The notes beneath the pieces were generated by a model. The model saw nothing but the letters and a program-made list of their open reading frames with translations, was not told the origin of the DNA and did no database searches. This document shows, piece after piece, positions 43,805 to 53,760 of a DNA stretch of 64,000 nucleotides. The stretch lies in IMG/VR virus record IMGVR_UViG_3300032177_003246, one strand, 5' to 3'. Position numbers and translations under genes: made by a program. This stretch comes from an uncultured virus (IMG/VR IMGVR_UViG_3300032177_003246). Lineage: Duplodnaviria > Heunggongvirae > Uroviricota > Caudoviricetes. How positions within the stretch are numbered: position 1 is the stretch's first letter; each line of letters opens with the position of its first letter.

Positions 43805-45115
43805 TCACCGCTTGATAGGAAGCAACTTCTCCAGCACCGCGGACAGGCTGGTCTCGCCGAGAAAGCACTCCATGTCGTCGACGCCGAACGATACGACCAC
43901 GCGGTCGCCCGCAATCGCGATGCCGGCTGCGAACTCGATACCGCCGGGCGCGAGCTTCATGGGTCCACTAACGGCAGTCATCTTTCCCTTCGAATCGACC
44001 AGGTACCAGGTGTGCCAGTAATACTTCCGACCGCTGACGAACTTCATCTCGTGTCCGATGCCAAGCCACGCATCGGCAGCAACCCGCACGAGCTGCGAGC
44101 CGCCCCGCAGTCCCTCGTACGCTGGACGCCCCGAGCCCATTCGACGAACGGAATCATCAACGCGTGGCGAGGCTTTCGCCCGATCGGATCGAGCTGCGTG
44201 TGAAGGGCGAGCGGTCGGTCTGGCGGTGACCGTGTCAAGCTTGACCCGGCCGCCACGCACGATCCGTGCATCGCCGCCGCGAATGTTCGCCGTGCGATCC
44301 TTCTTTTTCTTGCGGCTTTCGTCGCGAACAGACACCTCGTGACGAACCGGAGCTGGCGTTTTTGTGGCTTCTTCGAGCGTGCCGACACCTGATGTTTCAG
44401 AGGCCGTGTGTGCACCTTCGCGCGGTGCAGGTTTCCCCAAGTCGGCCAGCGGTGGTAGCTCCTCCGCGCTGATCGATGGTTGAACGCGCGCTGCATTCCC
44501 ATGGAGCTTTCCGCGATCATCGAACAGCGTGCCGCGATTGATCGCGTAGAGAAAACGGGGCTCGGCACAGTGATCGAATGGCGCCCAGTTCTTCTGCGGG
44601 GTACCGCTCCAGCCGTCTCCACGAATCGGGACTGCGGAGATGATGTTGTAGCGATCATCGAACGACAGGAGCACCTGCTCTGGCGGTTGGTGCTGTGGGA
44701 TCACGTCGGAGGTCCACGACGCCTCGTCCTCATCGCGGCGGCTCAGGTGTAGCGAGGCTGCAATGCCTTGAAGTCCGCCCTTGTCCGTCCGGAAGATGCG
44801 CATGTCCTCGTAGCCCATGTGCGGGCACGGCTGTCGAGGTGTGTCGTCGTTCTCGTGCATCTTGAAGATCTGTGCCGCGCGCCAGGTCTGCGGATCCAAG
44901 ATCACCATCGCGTTCTTGGTCTGCTGCCCTACAACGCGCGCACTCTTGCTGCGTACGGTCACGCCGTCGGGCATCGCGTAGTCACAGCACCGCAGCACGC
45001 AACGCCACAGCTGGCCGTCGAAATGGATCGACGGATTGAACGACCAAAATCCCTCGTACGGCCGGATCTGGAGGTCCGTGACCTTCCACGGGATGACGTC
45101 CTGGGCGTCCTTCAT
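43805..45115 (-). CDS. Stand-alone beta-propeller (GH130-like) paralogous to the C-terminus of 34839-36893, with a basic disordered insert
   Basis: FNPSIH, GYEDMRIF, QKNWAPF, LRGGSQLV, IEFAAG, SFGVDD. Confidence 0.7.
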   Translation of the reverse strand: MKDAQDVIPWKVTDLQIRPYEGFWSFNPSIHFDGQLWRCVLRCCDYAMPDGVTVRSKSARVVGQQTKNAMVILDPQTWRAAQIFKMHENDDTPRQPCPHMGYEDMRIFRTDKGGLQGIAASLHLSRRDEDEASWTSDVIPQHQPPEQVLLSFDDRYNIISAVPIRGDGWSGTPQKNWAPFDHCAEPRFLYAINRGTLFDDRGKLHGNAARVQPSISAEELPPLADLGKPAPREGAHTASETSGVGTLEEATKTPAPVRHEVSVRDESRKKKKDRTANIRGGDARIVRGGRVKLDTVTARPTARPSHAARSDRAKASPRVDDSVRRMGSGRPAYEGLRGGSQLVRVAADAWLGIGHEMKFVSGRKYYWHTWYLVDSKGKMTAVSGPMKLAPGGIEFAAGIAIAGDRVVVSFGVDDMECFLGETSLSAVLEKLLPIKR

Positions 45116-45203
45116 CGATAGATCGGTTCTCTCACGAAACTGCCGCGAGCACCGCGCTCAAGCGACGCTTCGACCGTCGAAGAAGATCTCGCCGCGGTCA
45201 GCG

Positions 45204-46055
45204 CTAGCCGCGTCCCACAAGCGCTGGGGCACGACCGTCAGGCGCCCACGCGCGGCCGACAAACTCGGCATTGCGCAGCGTGTCTTCGAGGCGGTTCTTG
45301 AGGCCTTGCTTGCTAGGAGCGTTCGCCAAGCGCGCGAGGCCCTGGCCCATCTGCGCCACCGGGAAGCTCATCGCCTTCTGGCGAAGATCGTTCCAGCTCG
45401 ACGGTGGCGCACCATCACGACGTGCGATCTTGGGCAACAGCTCGACGATCACGGCAGGGGCCGCGTGGATCTGTTTGACGGCCGATCCGAAGTCGAAACT
45501 CGCCTCCGGCCAGCGCACGTTGTGCTGCGCGAACACCTTACGAACGGAGTCACGGGCCGCCTGCATCTTTCGAATGCCTGCCCCCACCTCCATGTCGAGA
45601 TCCGCTTCTGTGAGCCACGACAGATCCCGTGGATTCTGCGTCTTGCTCTTCTGGCAGATCGCGCGAAGTCCTTCGAGGGTCGCGCCGTACTTCGCGTCGC
45701 CGGGGAACATGAGCTGAAAGATGCCCACTTCGCTCGGCAACCCTGTCGAGCACATGTCGCCACCGCTCTCGATCCGAATCCATTCGAGCACCGCGCCGAC
45801 AGGAAGGTCCTTCGCGCGCTTGATCACCTCGTTCCGCCAGCGCTCGACCAGCGGCGGAAATTTGAGCGCGACCGGGGGTCCAGCATCATCCCACGAGGTC
45901 CCCGCACCTCCGCCACGACTTCCGCCGCCGCCAAAGCCGGTCTCGCGAGGAGAGCCCTGCGTCGCGCTCGAAGATCGACGCGACACGAGCAAGATGCCGA
46001 GGCCGGCAGCAAGCCCGATGCCGATCGCCGCCCCGATGCCGCGACCGGCGCTCAC
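45204..46055 (-). CDS. Membrane-anchored lytic transglycosylase (SLT/lysozyme-like)
   Basis: N-terminal TM GIGAAIGIGLAAGLGILLV; VERWR...WIRIESGG...EVGIFQL; GTG start at 46055. Confidence 0.7.
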   Translation of the reverse strand: MSAGRGIGAAIGIGLAAGLGILLVSRRSSSATQGSPRETGFGGGGSRGGGAGTSWDDAGPPVALKFPPLVERWRNEVIKRAKDLPVGAVLEWIRIESGGDMCSTGLPSEVGIFQLMFPGDAKYGATLEGLRAICQKSKTQNPRDLSWLTEADLDMEVGAGIRKMQAARDSVRKVFAQHNVRWPEASFDFGSAVKQIHAAPAVIVELLPKIARRDGAPPSSWNDLRQKAMSFPVAQMGQGLARLANAPSKQGLKNRLEDTLRNAEFVGRAWAPDGRAPALVGRG

Positions 46056-46059
46056 CGCA

Positions 46060-47628
46060 TTACTCCTGCGACAGCTCGCCGGTTTGCGACATCGTCGGCA
46101 GATCGCTCGGCTGCGTCGGCAGATCGTTCGGCTGCACGACCACGCCCGCAGCGACTGCGGCGCGTTGCTCTGCGGCCATGGCGCGCGCCTGTGCGACTTC
46201 CGCCTGGTTCTGCACGGTGGGCCGCTCGCCATTCATCGTCACCATCACCATCGGCAGCGGACCGCGCGGCGCCGCGCCACCGGGCTGCACCGCCTGCTCC
46301 ATTCCCGGCATGGCCTGATGCGCTCCCGCCATGCGATCGGCAGCGGCAGCGGCGCGCGCCTGGGCGACTTCCGCCTGGTTCTGCACGGTGGGCCGCTCGC
46401 CATTCATCGTCACCATCACCGTCGGAAGCGGCCCACGCGCCGTGTGCCGCGGAGCCATCCCCGCGTTGCGCTGCGAGCGTCCGCCCGGGCCCACGTGCGT
46501 GTACGAGCGTGCCTGACCGACGCGACCCGCGGTGTAGGAAACCCGCGGAGCTGGCGCGATCGACGTCGCGGCGGCGTGGTTCACCGCAGGGGCTGGCGCG
46601 ATCGAGCCGCCAGCAGTCACGGCCACCGTTTGAATGGCGACCGGTGCAGCCACAGGCGGCGCGGCAGCAGCAGCCCTCGCTGCTTCGGTGCGCACCGCCG
46701 TCACGATCAACGCCTCCTCGATACTCGCCAGCGTGAACTGTGCGAACTGAAGCATGGGCGAAACGGGAGCTTCCGTGGCCGCCGCGATGACAGGCACTTC
46801 TGCCGAAGCTCCTTCCGCCACGCCCTCTACGGGCGTGCCTTCAACCGCCACGCCTTCGATCGTCGCGCTCTCCGCCGCCGCGCCCTCCGCCGCCGGCACG
46901 GCAACGGGTGTGCGTGCGCTCGCTGCGGTGAGATCCGTGATGTACCGACCGACGAGATGCTGGTAGAGCATCAGCTGCTCGATGCTGAACTCGGGCAGGG
47001 GCGGCAGAAACGGCTGCGGCGCGGCGAGCGCGGGAGCCGATGGGGTCACGACTGCCCGGGACTCCATGGTCCCGCGACGCTGCACCGGAGCGGATCCCGG
47101 CGCAGCGATGCGCACGCGAGAGCCCACGACCGGCGCGGCGCCTCGCGCGACATAGCCCTGATTCACGTACCCGCCCTGGCGCGGAGCGACCACGCGCGGC
47201 TGGCTCATCACGGGCGGCGCGCCCGGGATGTGCGGAGGTCCGTCCTGCACGTTGGGCAGCGTCTGCACCTGGCGACCTTCCTTGGTCAAGAGCACGTCCA
47301 CCATCGGCAGACCGCCTGCGTTGACCGTCGAGTGCTGGTGATCGCGAACGATGACCAGCTGATCTTGGCCGTCGTCGGGCTGCGGACCGTTCTGCGTGTT
47401 CTTGATCTGCACCATAGGCAGTCCACCCGTCACCACCGCGGCCTCCGCATTTTTCGGCGGAAGGAGCTGCACCGCTTTGGGCTGCTCCCTGACCTGCGGT
47501 CCGCCCGGAATGGGCTTGATGTTCACGAGCTGTAGCGCTCCGGCCTTCACGACACCGTGTGGCAGCGTCGGTGCGACCTGAGCGTTTTTGACGATTGCGT
47601 TGTTGCGAAGCAGAGTCGCGTCGGCCAT
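46060..47628 (-). CDS. Ala/Pro-rich hypothetical protein with internal repeats
   Basis: RGPLP.VMVTMNGERPTVQNQAEVAQARA twice, plus related GGLPMV motifs. Confidence 0.7.
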   Translation of the reverse strand: MADATLLRNNAIVKNAQVAPTLPHGVVKAGALQLVNIKPIPGGPQVREQPKAVQLLPPKNAEAAVVTGGLPMVQIKNTQNGPQPDDGQDQLVIVRDHQHSTVNAGGLPMVDVLLTKEGRQVQTLPNVQDGPPHIPGAPPVMSQPRVVAPRQGGYVNQGYVARGAAPVVGSRVRIAAPGSAPVQRRGTMESRAVVTPSAPALAAPQPFLPPLPEFSIEQLMLYQHLVGRYITDLTAASARTPVAVPAAEGAAAESATIEGVAVEGTPVEGVAEGASAEVPVIAAATEAPVSPMLQFAQFTLASIEEALIVTAVRTEAARAAAAAPPVAAPVAIQTVAVTAGGSIAPAPAVNHAAATSIAPAPRVSYTAGRVGQARSYTHVGPGGRSQRNAGMAPRHTARGPLPTVMVTMNGERPTVQNQAEVAQARAAAAADRMAGAHQAMPGMEQAVQPGGAAPRGPLPMVMVTMNGERPTVQNQAEVAQARAMAAEQRAAVAAGVVVQPNDLPTQPSDLPTMSQTGELSQE

Positions 47629-47660
47629 GGCGTTCCTTTCGAGGTTTCGAAGTCTACTAC

Positions 47661-48563
47661 TTAAAGAGCCAGCTCGAAGATCACGGACATCTTCATCCTG
47701 TGGCCGGACTCGTTAAACACGCTGAAGTATTGCGCAGCATTCGGAACTTCAACGCGATCTTGGTGATCTGACACGAAGAAGTCTCCCACGCAGTGGCGGC
47801 CCTTCGGATCCTGCCAAAAGCGGATCCAGCCGATCGTTGCCTTGGGCTTGTGGTGGTGTTTGCCCGCACGGCATCCTGCGAGCGTCGCGACCTTCGCGAA
47901 GTCTGGAACGTTGAGGATGTTGCTGTCCTCGTTATCATCAACTTCGGGGAGGAAGATCGTGCGCTGTGCATGCGCCTCGGCAAAGCCAGGTCCGACGTGT
48001 GCGGCGAGGCGGTAGAGCGCGCTCGTCCCACTGATGTCTCCGCAGTCTTTGCTCTGCGTGACCAGCGCAGAGACACGGAGGTATGACGCGACCACCGAGA
48101 GCGTGACGCCGTTCATGTAGTCCACGACGACGCGCGTGCTGACACCGCCAACCCCGAACTCGATCACCGCCTCCAGCGGAGGCCAGCGCATCGACTCGCC
48201 CGTGCCGGGAAAGTCGCAGACGCTGATCTCACCATTGCCCTGCTCGCCGGTCACGTTGTTCACGTCGAGCGGCAGCTCGCAGATCGCGATCGGCACCACG
48301 CGCGGCGGATACAGCGTCAAGCTCAGCTGACACGCGTCGACGTCATCGCCTTCCAGCGCGATCATGTCACCCTGCGCGTTCTGCACTTGCGGGTTGCTGT
48401 GATCGTAGATCAAGATCGTGGACTTGCCGTAGCACCCACCCATCGCGAGACGCGCGAAGGGGGAAAGTCCTGGACGATCTTCGCCGGTACGTGGCGGCAT
48501 ACCGTTGCCCGGAAAGATCGGATCGGTGTTCAAGAGACGCATGTAACGCTCACGCATGTTCAC
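47661..48563 (-). CDS. Beta-rich hypothetical protein (possible virion structural protein)
   Basis: Alternating hydrophobic beta-strand pattern; located in the putative late block. Confidence 0.55.
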   Translation of the reverse strand: MNMRERYMRLLNTDPIFPGNGMPPRTGEDRPGLSPFARLAMGGCYGKSTILIYDHSNPQVQNAQGDMIALEGDDVDACQLSLTLYPPRVVPIAICELPLDVNNVTGEQGNGEISVCDFPGTGESMRWPPLEAVIEFGVGGVSTRVVVDYMNGVTLSVVASYLRVSALVTQSKDCGDISGTSALYRLAAHVGPGFAEAHAQRTIFLPEVDDNEDSNILNVPDFAKVATLAGCRAGKHHHKPKATIGWIRFWQDPKGRHCVGDFFVSDHQDRVEVPNAAQYFSVFNESGHRMKMSVIFELAL

Positions 48564-50158
48564 GACCTCCCGCGGTATGCCGACGAAAACGTGGCGTGAT
48601 CGCGCATGGACGCGCGCACGGTCGCGTCAGCTTCTTCACGTGGCGCGCGCGATCGCGCACGCGTAGCGCTCTTGCGCGATCGCGCGATCGCGTAGCCGCC
48701 ACCACCGACGACGACGAGTCCCAGGATAGAGAGCGCGATCCACTTCCCTGCCGAAGCCTTTGGCTGCTCGACCGGAGCACCCTCTGTCGACGGACCATCA
48801 TCCTTGGCAGTGTCCGGCGTTTGTTGATCCGGCGCCGTTTCGCCCGTGGGTGTTCCACCCGAAGGTTGACCCCCTGGCGACGCTTCGATCGGTGCTTCGG
48901 GGACGCCGCCGCCAGGCGTGGGTCCACCAGGCGTGGGTCCACCAGGCATGGGTCCACCAGGCGTGGGTCCACCAGGCTGAGGCCCTGCATCGATCGGAGG
49001 ACGACCCTGCCACGGACCGGGACGCGGTACCGGACGCGGTCCTACCGGACCCGGCTGCCCCGGCTGCGGCTGCCACGTGGGCGGCTGCCACGTCGGCTGC
49101 CACGGGGGCTGCGGGCGCGGGGGCTGCGGCTGCATCGGCGGCGTCGGTACCTGCGGGCGCGGGGGCTGCGGCTGCATCGGCGGCGGTGTTGGTCGCGGAG
49201 GCTGCGATGTTGGTCGCGGAGGCTGCGATGTTGGTCGCGGGGGCTGTGGCGGTGGTCGCGGGGGCTGCGGCTGCACCGGCGGCGGCGTTGGTGGCCGTGG
49301 CGGCGTCGCCACTGGAGGCCGTGGCAGCGGCGTCGGCGACGTCGACGTCGACGTCGACGTCGCGGGCGGTGGGATCAGTGCCGGATCCGTCAACGTCAGT
49401 CGGCCTGCGTCTGCCTCGCGCTCCACCTCGCGCAGGATCTGTTTCCAGATCTTGCCCTTCTCAAAATCCTCGGGGATCGACGGATCGAGCTTCTGATGCG
49501 GCTTGTATTTTGTTCTCAGCCAGAAGCGTGCGTTAGTTTCCTTGTTGATCACGTCACGCGACGGGCGCTCACGCGGCGAACGTGACGGTTGCGCCACAGG
49601 CGGCGGCTTCACGTACCGCGAGTCCCACGGATCCTCCTCGGGAGGCAGCATGCCGTTCTGAAGCTGCGCATGCGCGATGTGATCCGCAGCTGGCGCGTGT
49701 GGTGGCGGCGGAGTCTTGGCTGCTTCGCGCTTCGCGTCTTGCACGAGCTGCGGAGACACGGTCGGCGGCTGCTTCGACGCGGCTTCGTTCGCTTTGATCG
49801 TCGCCACCTGCTTTGCCGTCGAGGCTGCGGTCACGTGCTGCTGTGTCGTCACTGGATCGGCTGTGGCCGCGGCATCGACGTGTGCCTCGGCAACCGTGCT
49901 CGCGAGCTGGGCCTCTGCCAGTGCCTGCGCGACATCAGGCTTGTCATATGTCGTAACGAGTGTCCCGGCAGCGGCTTCCGCCTGCACCTTGCGAAAGATG
50001 TCCCTCCAAACAGGCTCCATCGCCTTGTCCGTCGGATTCTTTGGATCAAGCGGCTTTCCTGGACGGTGTCCAGTGCTTGCCCAGAAACGTGCGTTCGTCT
50101 CCCGATTCAAGATGTCGCGCGAAACGGTCGATGTGGCGGCTCCTAACCACGCGGTCAT
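48560..50158 (-). CDS. Pro/Gln-rich protein with a duplicated ETNARFW domain and C-terminal TM
   Basis: SRD(I/V)(L/I)N(R/K)ETNARFW...LDP...W..I.R.V..EA.AG.L twice; TM WIALSILGLVVVGGGGYAIA. Confidence 0.7.
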   Translation of the reverse strand: MTAWLGAATSTVSRDILNRETNARFWASTGHRPGKPLDPKNPTDKAMEPVWRDIFRKVQAEAAAGTLVTTYDKPDVAQALAEAQLASTVAEAHVDAAATADPVTTQQHVTAASTAKQVATIKANEAASKQPPTVSPQLVQDAKREAAKTPPPPHAPAADHIAHAQLQNGMLPPEEDPWDSRYVKPPPVAQPSRSPRERPSRDVINKETNARFWLRTKYKPHQKLDPSIPEDFEKGKIWKQILREVEREADAGRLTLTDPALIPPPATSTSTSTSPTPLPRPPVATPPRPPTPPPVQPQPPRPPPQPPRPTSQPPRPTSQPPRPTPPPMQPQPPRPQVPTPPMQPQPPRPQPPWQPTWQPPTWQPQPGQPGPVGPRPVPRPGPWQGRPPIDAGPQPGGPTPGGPMPGGPTPGGPTPGGGVPEAPIEASPGGQPSGGTPTGETAPDQQTPDTAKDDGPSTEGAPVEQPKASAGKWIALSILGLVVVGGGGYAIARSRKSATRARSRAPREEADATVRASMRDHATFSSAYRGRS

Positions 50159-51600
50159 GGCTGTACCTTTTTCAAGTAGGGGCGATCAATCTCAATCCAC
50201 GACTTGCCGTTTATGAGCGCGCCCACGTAGAACGGATCAATTCCCAGACGGCGGCCAATCGATGCTTTGGTCTCTCCATGCTCGAATCGACCAATGATCT
50301 CTTGTACGGCATCAAACGTCACGACCGTAGCTCGCGTGTTGCGCGCTTGCTCGCGCGCCGTGCCCCAGTGACAGTTACTGGGTGCGTAGTTGCCATTAAC
50401 GTTCTTACGTTCAAGGGACATCCCAGACGGTCGATCACCCATGTCAGCATAGAAGTTTTCGAACTTCATCCACCACATGCATACGTTGATCCCCCGGCCC
50501 CCGTAGTTCACATAGCCTGAATTATTGGGATTCGTGCAACGCTGAAGCATCTGCTGCCAAGATACGTAAACGCCGGACGCTTTCCGCCCGTGACCGCCGC
50601 ACTGTCCATGTTTCAACCTTGTCAACATGCATCCGCAAGACGTCGAGCGACCATTCACCAGATGACTAGAAATCACCAATTTTTCAGTCGCACGTGGACA
50701 GCCACAGCGCACAAGCCAACGAACATTATTGTGTCTGTCGTTGGGTCCCTGGCTCAGCACAAGCAGCAGACCAAACCGATGGCCAACCAACCCGAGTGTC
50801 TTTCGTAGACCCGAAGGCGGATACGTGCTGCCGGACTTGGCTGTAGCCAACAAGGCCGCATGCTCTCTCGCAGCAGCAGCAAGTGGTCCCACGAATGCAC
50901 TCTCGGATCGCTTCTGGTTCAAAAGGTATGGGCGATCGATCTCAAGCCAGACTTTCCCGCGAATGATGTCACCAGCATAACTCGCCGTGATTCCGAACCG
51001 CTTTGCGATCGAAACCTGCTTCTCTCCGTGCTCGAAACGCCCAATGATCTCCTGCACACCGTCGAACGTCACGACCGTTGATCGCTTGTTCCTCGATTGC
51101 TCCCTCGTGGTACCCCAGCGGCAGTTGTCCTTGTCGTAGTTCCCGTTGACGTCCTTGCGCTCAAGCGTCAATTCGGGCGGACGATCGCCCATATCTGCGT
51201 GGAAATTTTCGAACGAAAGCCAGCGAGCGCAGACGGTGATGCCGCGACCGCCGTAGTTCGAATACTTCGCGCGGTTGGGATTCGTGCAGCGTTGCAGCAT
51301 GTCGTGCCACGCCCGATAAGCACCAGACGGCTTTCCACCTCGACCGCCGCTCTGTCCGTGCCCTCTTCGATGCTGCCTGCACCCGCAAGATTTCGAGCGG
51401 CCGAGCACAAGGGCCGCAGCCAAAACAGCAATTTCCTTCCCGCAAGGTTCATCACAGCGCGCGCGCCATCGCGTCGCACCATACGCAGTAGATGGCGCTC
51501 GCTCTAGAACGGCCAGGCTGCCAAAGCGCTGACCTGTAAGCTCTTTGAGGGTACTCATAAGTGGGAACGCCCCAGGTGGCGATCCTACCACATCGAGCAA
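50155..51600 (-). CDS. Protein with two tandem phage HNH-type homing endonuclease units
   Basis: Twice: G.RFG.L.VL...SCGC...W..MLQRCTNPN...NYGGRGI.VC..W..FENF.ADMGDRP....LER..VNGNY...NC.W; lower GC. Confidence 0.85.
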   Translation of the reverse strand: MLDVVGSPPGAFPLMSTLKELTGQRFGSLAVLERAPSTAYGATRWRARCDEPCGKEIAVLAAALVLGRSKSCGCRQHRRGHGQSGGRGGKPSGAYRAWHDMLQRCTNPNRAKYSNYGGRGITVCARWLSFENFHADMGDRPPELTLERKDVNGNYDKDNCRWGTTREQSRNKRSTVVTFDGVQEIIGRFEHGEKQVSIAKRFGITASYAGDIIRGKVWLEIDRPYLLNQKRSESAFVGPLAAAAREHAALLATAKSGSTYPPSGLRKTLGLVGHRFGLLLVLSQGPNDRHNNVRWLVRCGCPRATEKLVISSHLVNGRSTSCGCMLTRLKHGQCGGHGRKASGVYVSWQQMLQRCTNPNNSGYVNYGGRGINVCMWWMKFENFYADMGDRPSGMSLERKNVNGNYAPSNCHWGTAREQARNTRATVVTFDAVQEIIGRFEHGETKASIGRRLGIDPFYVGALINGKSWIEIDRPYLKKVQP

Positions 51601-51612
51601 GCACCCGAATTT

Positions 51613-52584
51613 TTAGCCTTGGCGCGCGCGGAGGGCGTCCTCGACAATCGTCCTCAGGTTGCGGGTTGGGCGCCACCCCAGGATCTTGGCGGCATTCGCT
51701 GCGGAGGCGACGAGCTTGGTCGGATCGCCGTCACGCCGAGGCCCGACATCGTGAGGTACTGGAGCACCGGCAGCTCGTGCAACCTCAGCGAGAACTTCAC
51801 ACACGGTCGTCCCACACTCAGATCCAAGGTTCAGGGCACCGACCGATTCGCCGCGGCTTAGCGTGCGGAGTGCCGCGAGATGAGCGTCGGCGAGATCCAT
51901 CACGTGCACGTAGTCCCGCACGCACGTCCCATCATGCGTGGCGTAGTCGTCGCCATAGACCACAAGCGGCGGCCGTCGCCCTAGCGCCGCATCGATCGCG
52001 AGCGGGATCAGGTGCGTCTCGGGATCGTGCCGCTCACGCAAGCTTCCATCCGGGTGTGCCCCCGCTGCATTGAAGTAGCGCAGCGCAGCCCACCGCACGC
52101 CACGTGATCGTGCGTAGGCTTCGAGCACGACTTCAGCCGCGAGCTTGCTCGCGCCGTACGGATTGATCGGCCGCGTGCTCGACAGCTCGATGATGGGCGA
52201 CTGTTCTGGCTGACCATAGACAGCAGCGCTCGATGACAGGACGAAGGAGAGATCACCGCGTACCGCGCTCGCGGCATCGAGTAGCGACACCGTGCGCGAG
52301 AGGTTCTGCTCGAAGTAGAGCCCGGGCTCACGTACCGACTCCTCTACGCGGATACGACCCGCGAAGTGGACAATCGCGTCGATCTGCCGCTTGGCGATCC
52401 AGTGCTCGATGAGAAATCGGTCGCCAACGTCGCCGAGCACCCGCTCGATCGAGGCGGGCAGATCCGGCCAGCTTGCATTCGTCGACAGGTCATCGAGGGC
52501 GACGACGGCAAGCCCTGCATCGTGGGCTGCGCGCGCGAAGTGAGATCCAACAAAACCCGCGGCACCCGTGACAAGGACGACCAT
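51613..52584 (-). CDS. galE: UDP-glucose 4-epimerase
   Basis: VTGAAGFVGSH, HFAG, SSSAAVYG, PYGASK, LRYFNAAGA, DGTCVRDYVHV.DLA.AH. Confidence 0.93.
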   Translation of the reverse strand: MVVLVTGAAGFVGSHFARAAHDAGLAVVALDDLSTNASWPDLPASIERVLGDVGDRFLIEHWIAKRQIDAIVHFAGRIRVEESVREPGLYFEQNLSRTVSLLDAASAVRGDLSFVLSSSAAVYGQPEQSPIIELSSTRPINPYGASKLAAEVVLEAYARSRGVRWAALRYFNAAGAHPDGSLRERHDPETHLIPLAIDAALGRRPPLVVYGDDYATHDGTCVRDYVHVMDLADAHLAALRTLSRGESVGALNLGSECGTTVCEVLAEVARAAGAPVPHDVGPRRDGDPTKLVASAANAAKILGWRPTRNLRTIVEDALRARQG

Positions 52585-52741
52585 GCTGCGCGCATACCAC
52601 GCGCGGCGCGGGTTCGACTAGCCACGGTCATGATCCCTCGCTAGCCGGGCACGTGCTCGTCGAGCCGAACACCCTCGTGACGTTGGAGGTCTACCAGGGT
52701 AGCCTTTGCAGGCGGATCTTGCTCTGGAGGCCGTGGAAGCC

Positions 52742-53008
52742 ATGAAGGAGAACGCCCAGCGATACTTTGAGGCACTCAATGAGCTTGAGTGGCACCGCAT
52801 TCAATGCCGGCCTGAGGCGCTTCCGCGCAAGGAAGAACTGGAGTTTGCGGGGCGTCTGGAGCGGCTGTGGGAGGCGCTTTCCGAGTCCGAGCAGGAAGAG
52901 GTTGAAGACGAACTTGCGAAGGAGAACGCTGCTGCTGCTTTGGGACCGACCGGCTCCGTGGTTGGGGACCCGATTCTGGTCGCTCCCCGAACCCTGCCCG
53001 AACCCTGA
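52742..53008 (+). CDS. Small acidic hypothetical protein
   Basis: Helical acidic ORF; start uncertain. Confidence 0.4.
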   Translation: MKENAQRYFEALNELEWHRIQCRPEALPRKEELEFAGRLERLWEALSESEQEEVEDELAKENAAAALGPTGSVVGDPILVAPRTLPEP

Positions 53009-53013
53009 TCGTG

Positions 53014-53055
53014 GAGTGAGCCGCGCTTATGCCCGAGTGAGCCGCGCTTATGCCC
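53014..53055. repeat. Perfect 21-bp tandem duplication GAGTGAGCCGCGCTTATGCCC x2
   Basis: Read directly; lies between convergent genes. Confidence 0.85.
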
Positions 53056-53067
53056 GGGCGCGCGAGC

Positions 53068-53745
53068 TTACGCCTGGTACTCGGCCACGATCTCAGCGTC
53101 GATCACGTCGTTCACGGCCGGATTCCACGGGCTCGGCGACTTCACCAGGGCCCGAGACGACACCTTCGCACGCTTCACGGGCGCCGAGACGGGCGCCGAG
53201 ACACGCGGGACCGCCGTGGCCGGAGCCTCGGTCGTAGCCTGCGCGCGTGCGCGCGAGCGGGTTACCGACGCGCGCGCTGCCGCCTCACGACGCTTGCAGG
53301 TCGCCTCACGTGCAAGCGCGATCGCCGATCCGTTCGCGAGCGCGTTGATGAGGATCAAGACGAACAGCGCCACGTTGCTGGTGGCGCCGGTCGACACGAG
53401 CATCACACCCTCGATCGCAGCCACGAAGCCGAACGCCTTGCGCGTATCGTTGAACGTCGCGCGGCCAAACTTGTAGACGGTGATCGCCGAGAAGAGCGCG
53501 CACCCGAGCACGACCGCGAGCATCACCGCCGCGAGTGCCGTGTGGCCTGCCGAGAAAGCGGCCGGCAACTGGTCATGCGCGAGCGTCCGGGCAAACCATG
53601 GCACGATGCCGCCGACCAGGGCGCCGATCAGCGTCGCCTGCGGGCGGCGGATCGCGCATTCGAGCTGCGTCACCACGTCCGTGGTCGCGGACTTGTCGGA
53701 ATCGGCGCGGCACGTCCGGCGGCTCTTCTTGGCGGGCTTGCTCAT
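53068..53745 (-). CDS. Multi-pass membrane protein
   Basis: About four hydrophobic segments plus an Ala/Arg-rich tail. Confidence 0.7.
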   Translation of the reverse strand: MSKPAKKSRRTCRADSDKSATTDVVTQLECAIRRPQATLIGALVGGIVPWFARTLAHDQLPAAFSAGHTALAAVMLAVVLGCALFSAITVYKFGRATFNDTRKAFGFVAAIEGVMLVSTGATSNVALFVLILINALANGSAIALAREATCKRREAAARASVTRSRARAQATTEAPATAVPRVSAPVSAPVKRAKVSSRALVKSPSPWNPAVNDVIDAEIVAEYQA

Positions 53746-53760
53746 GTGCTCAGAGATAGA

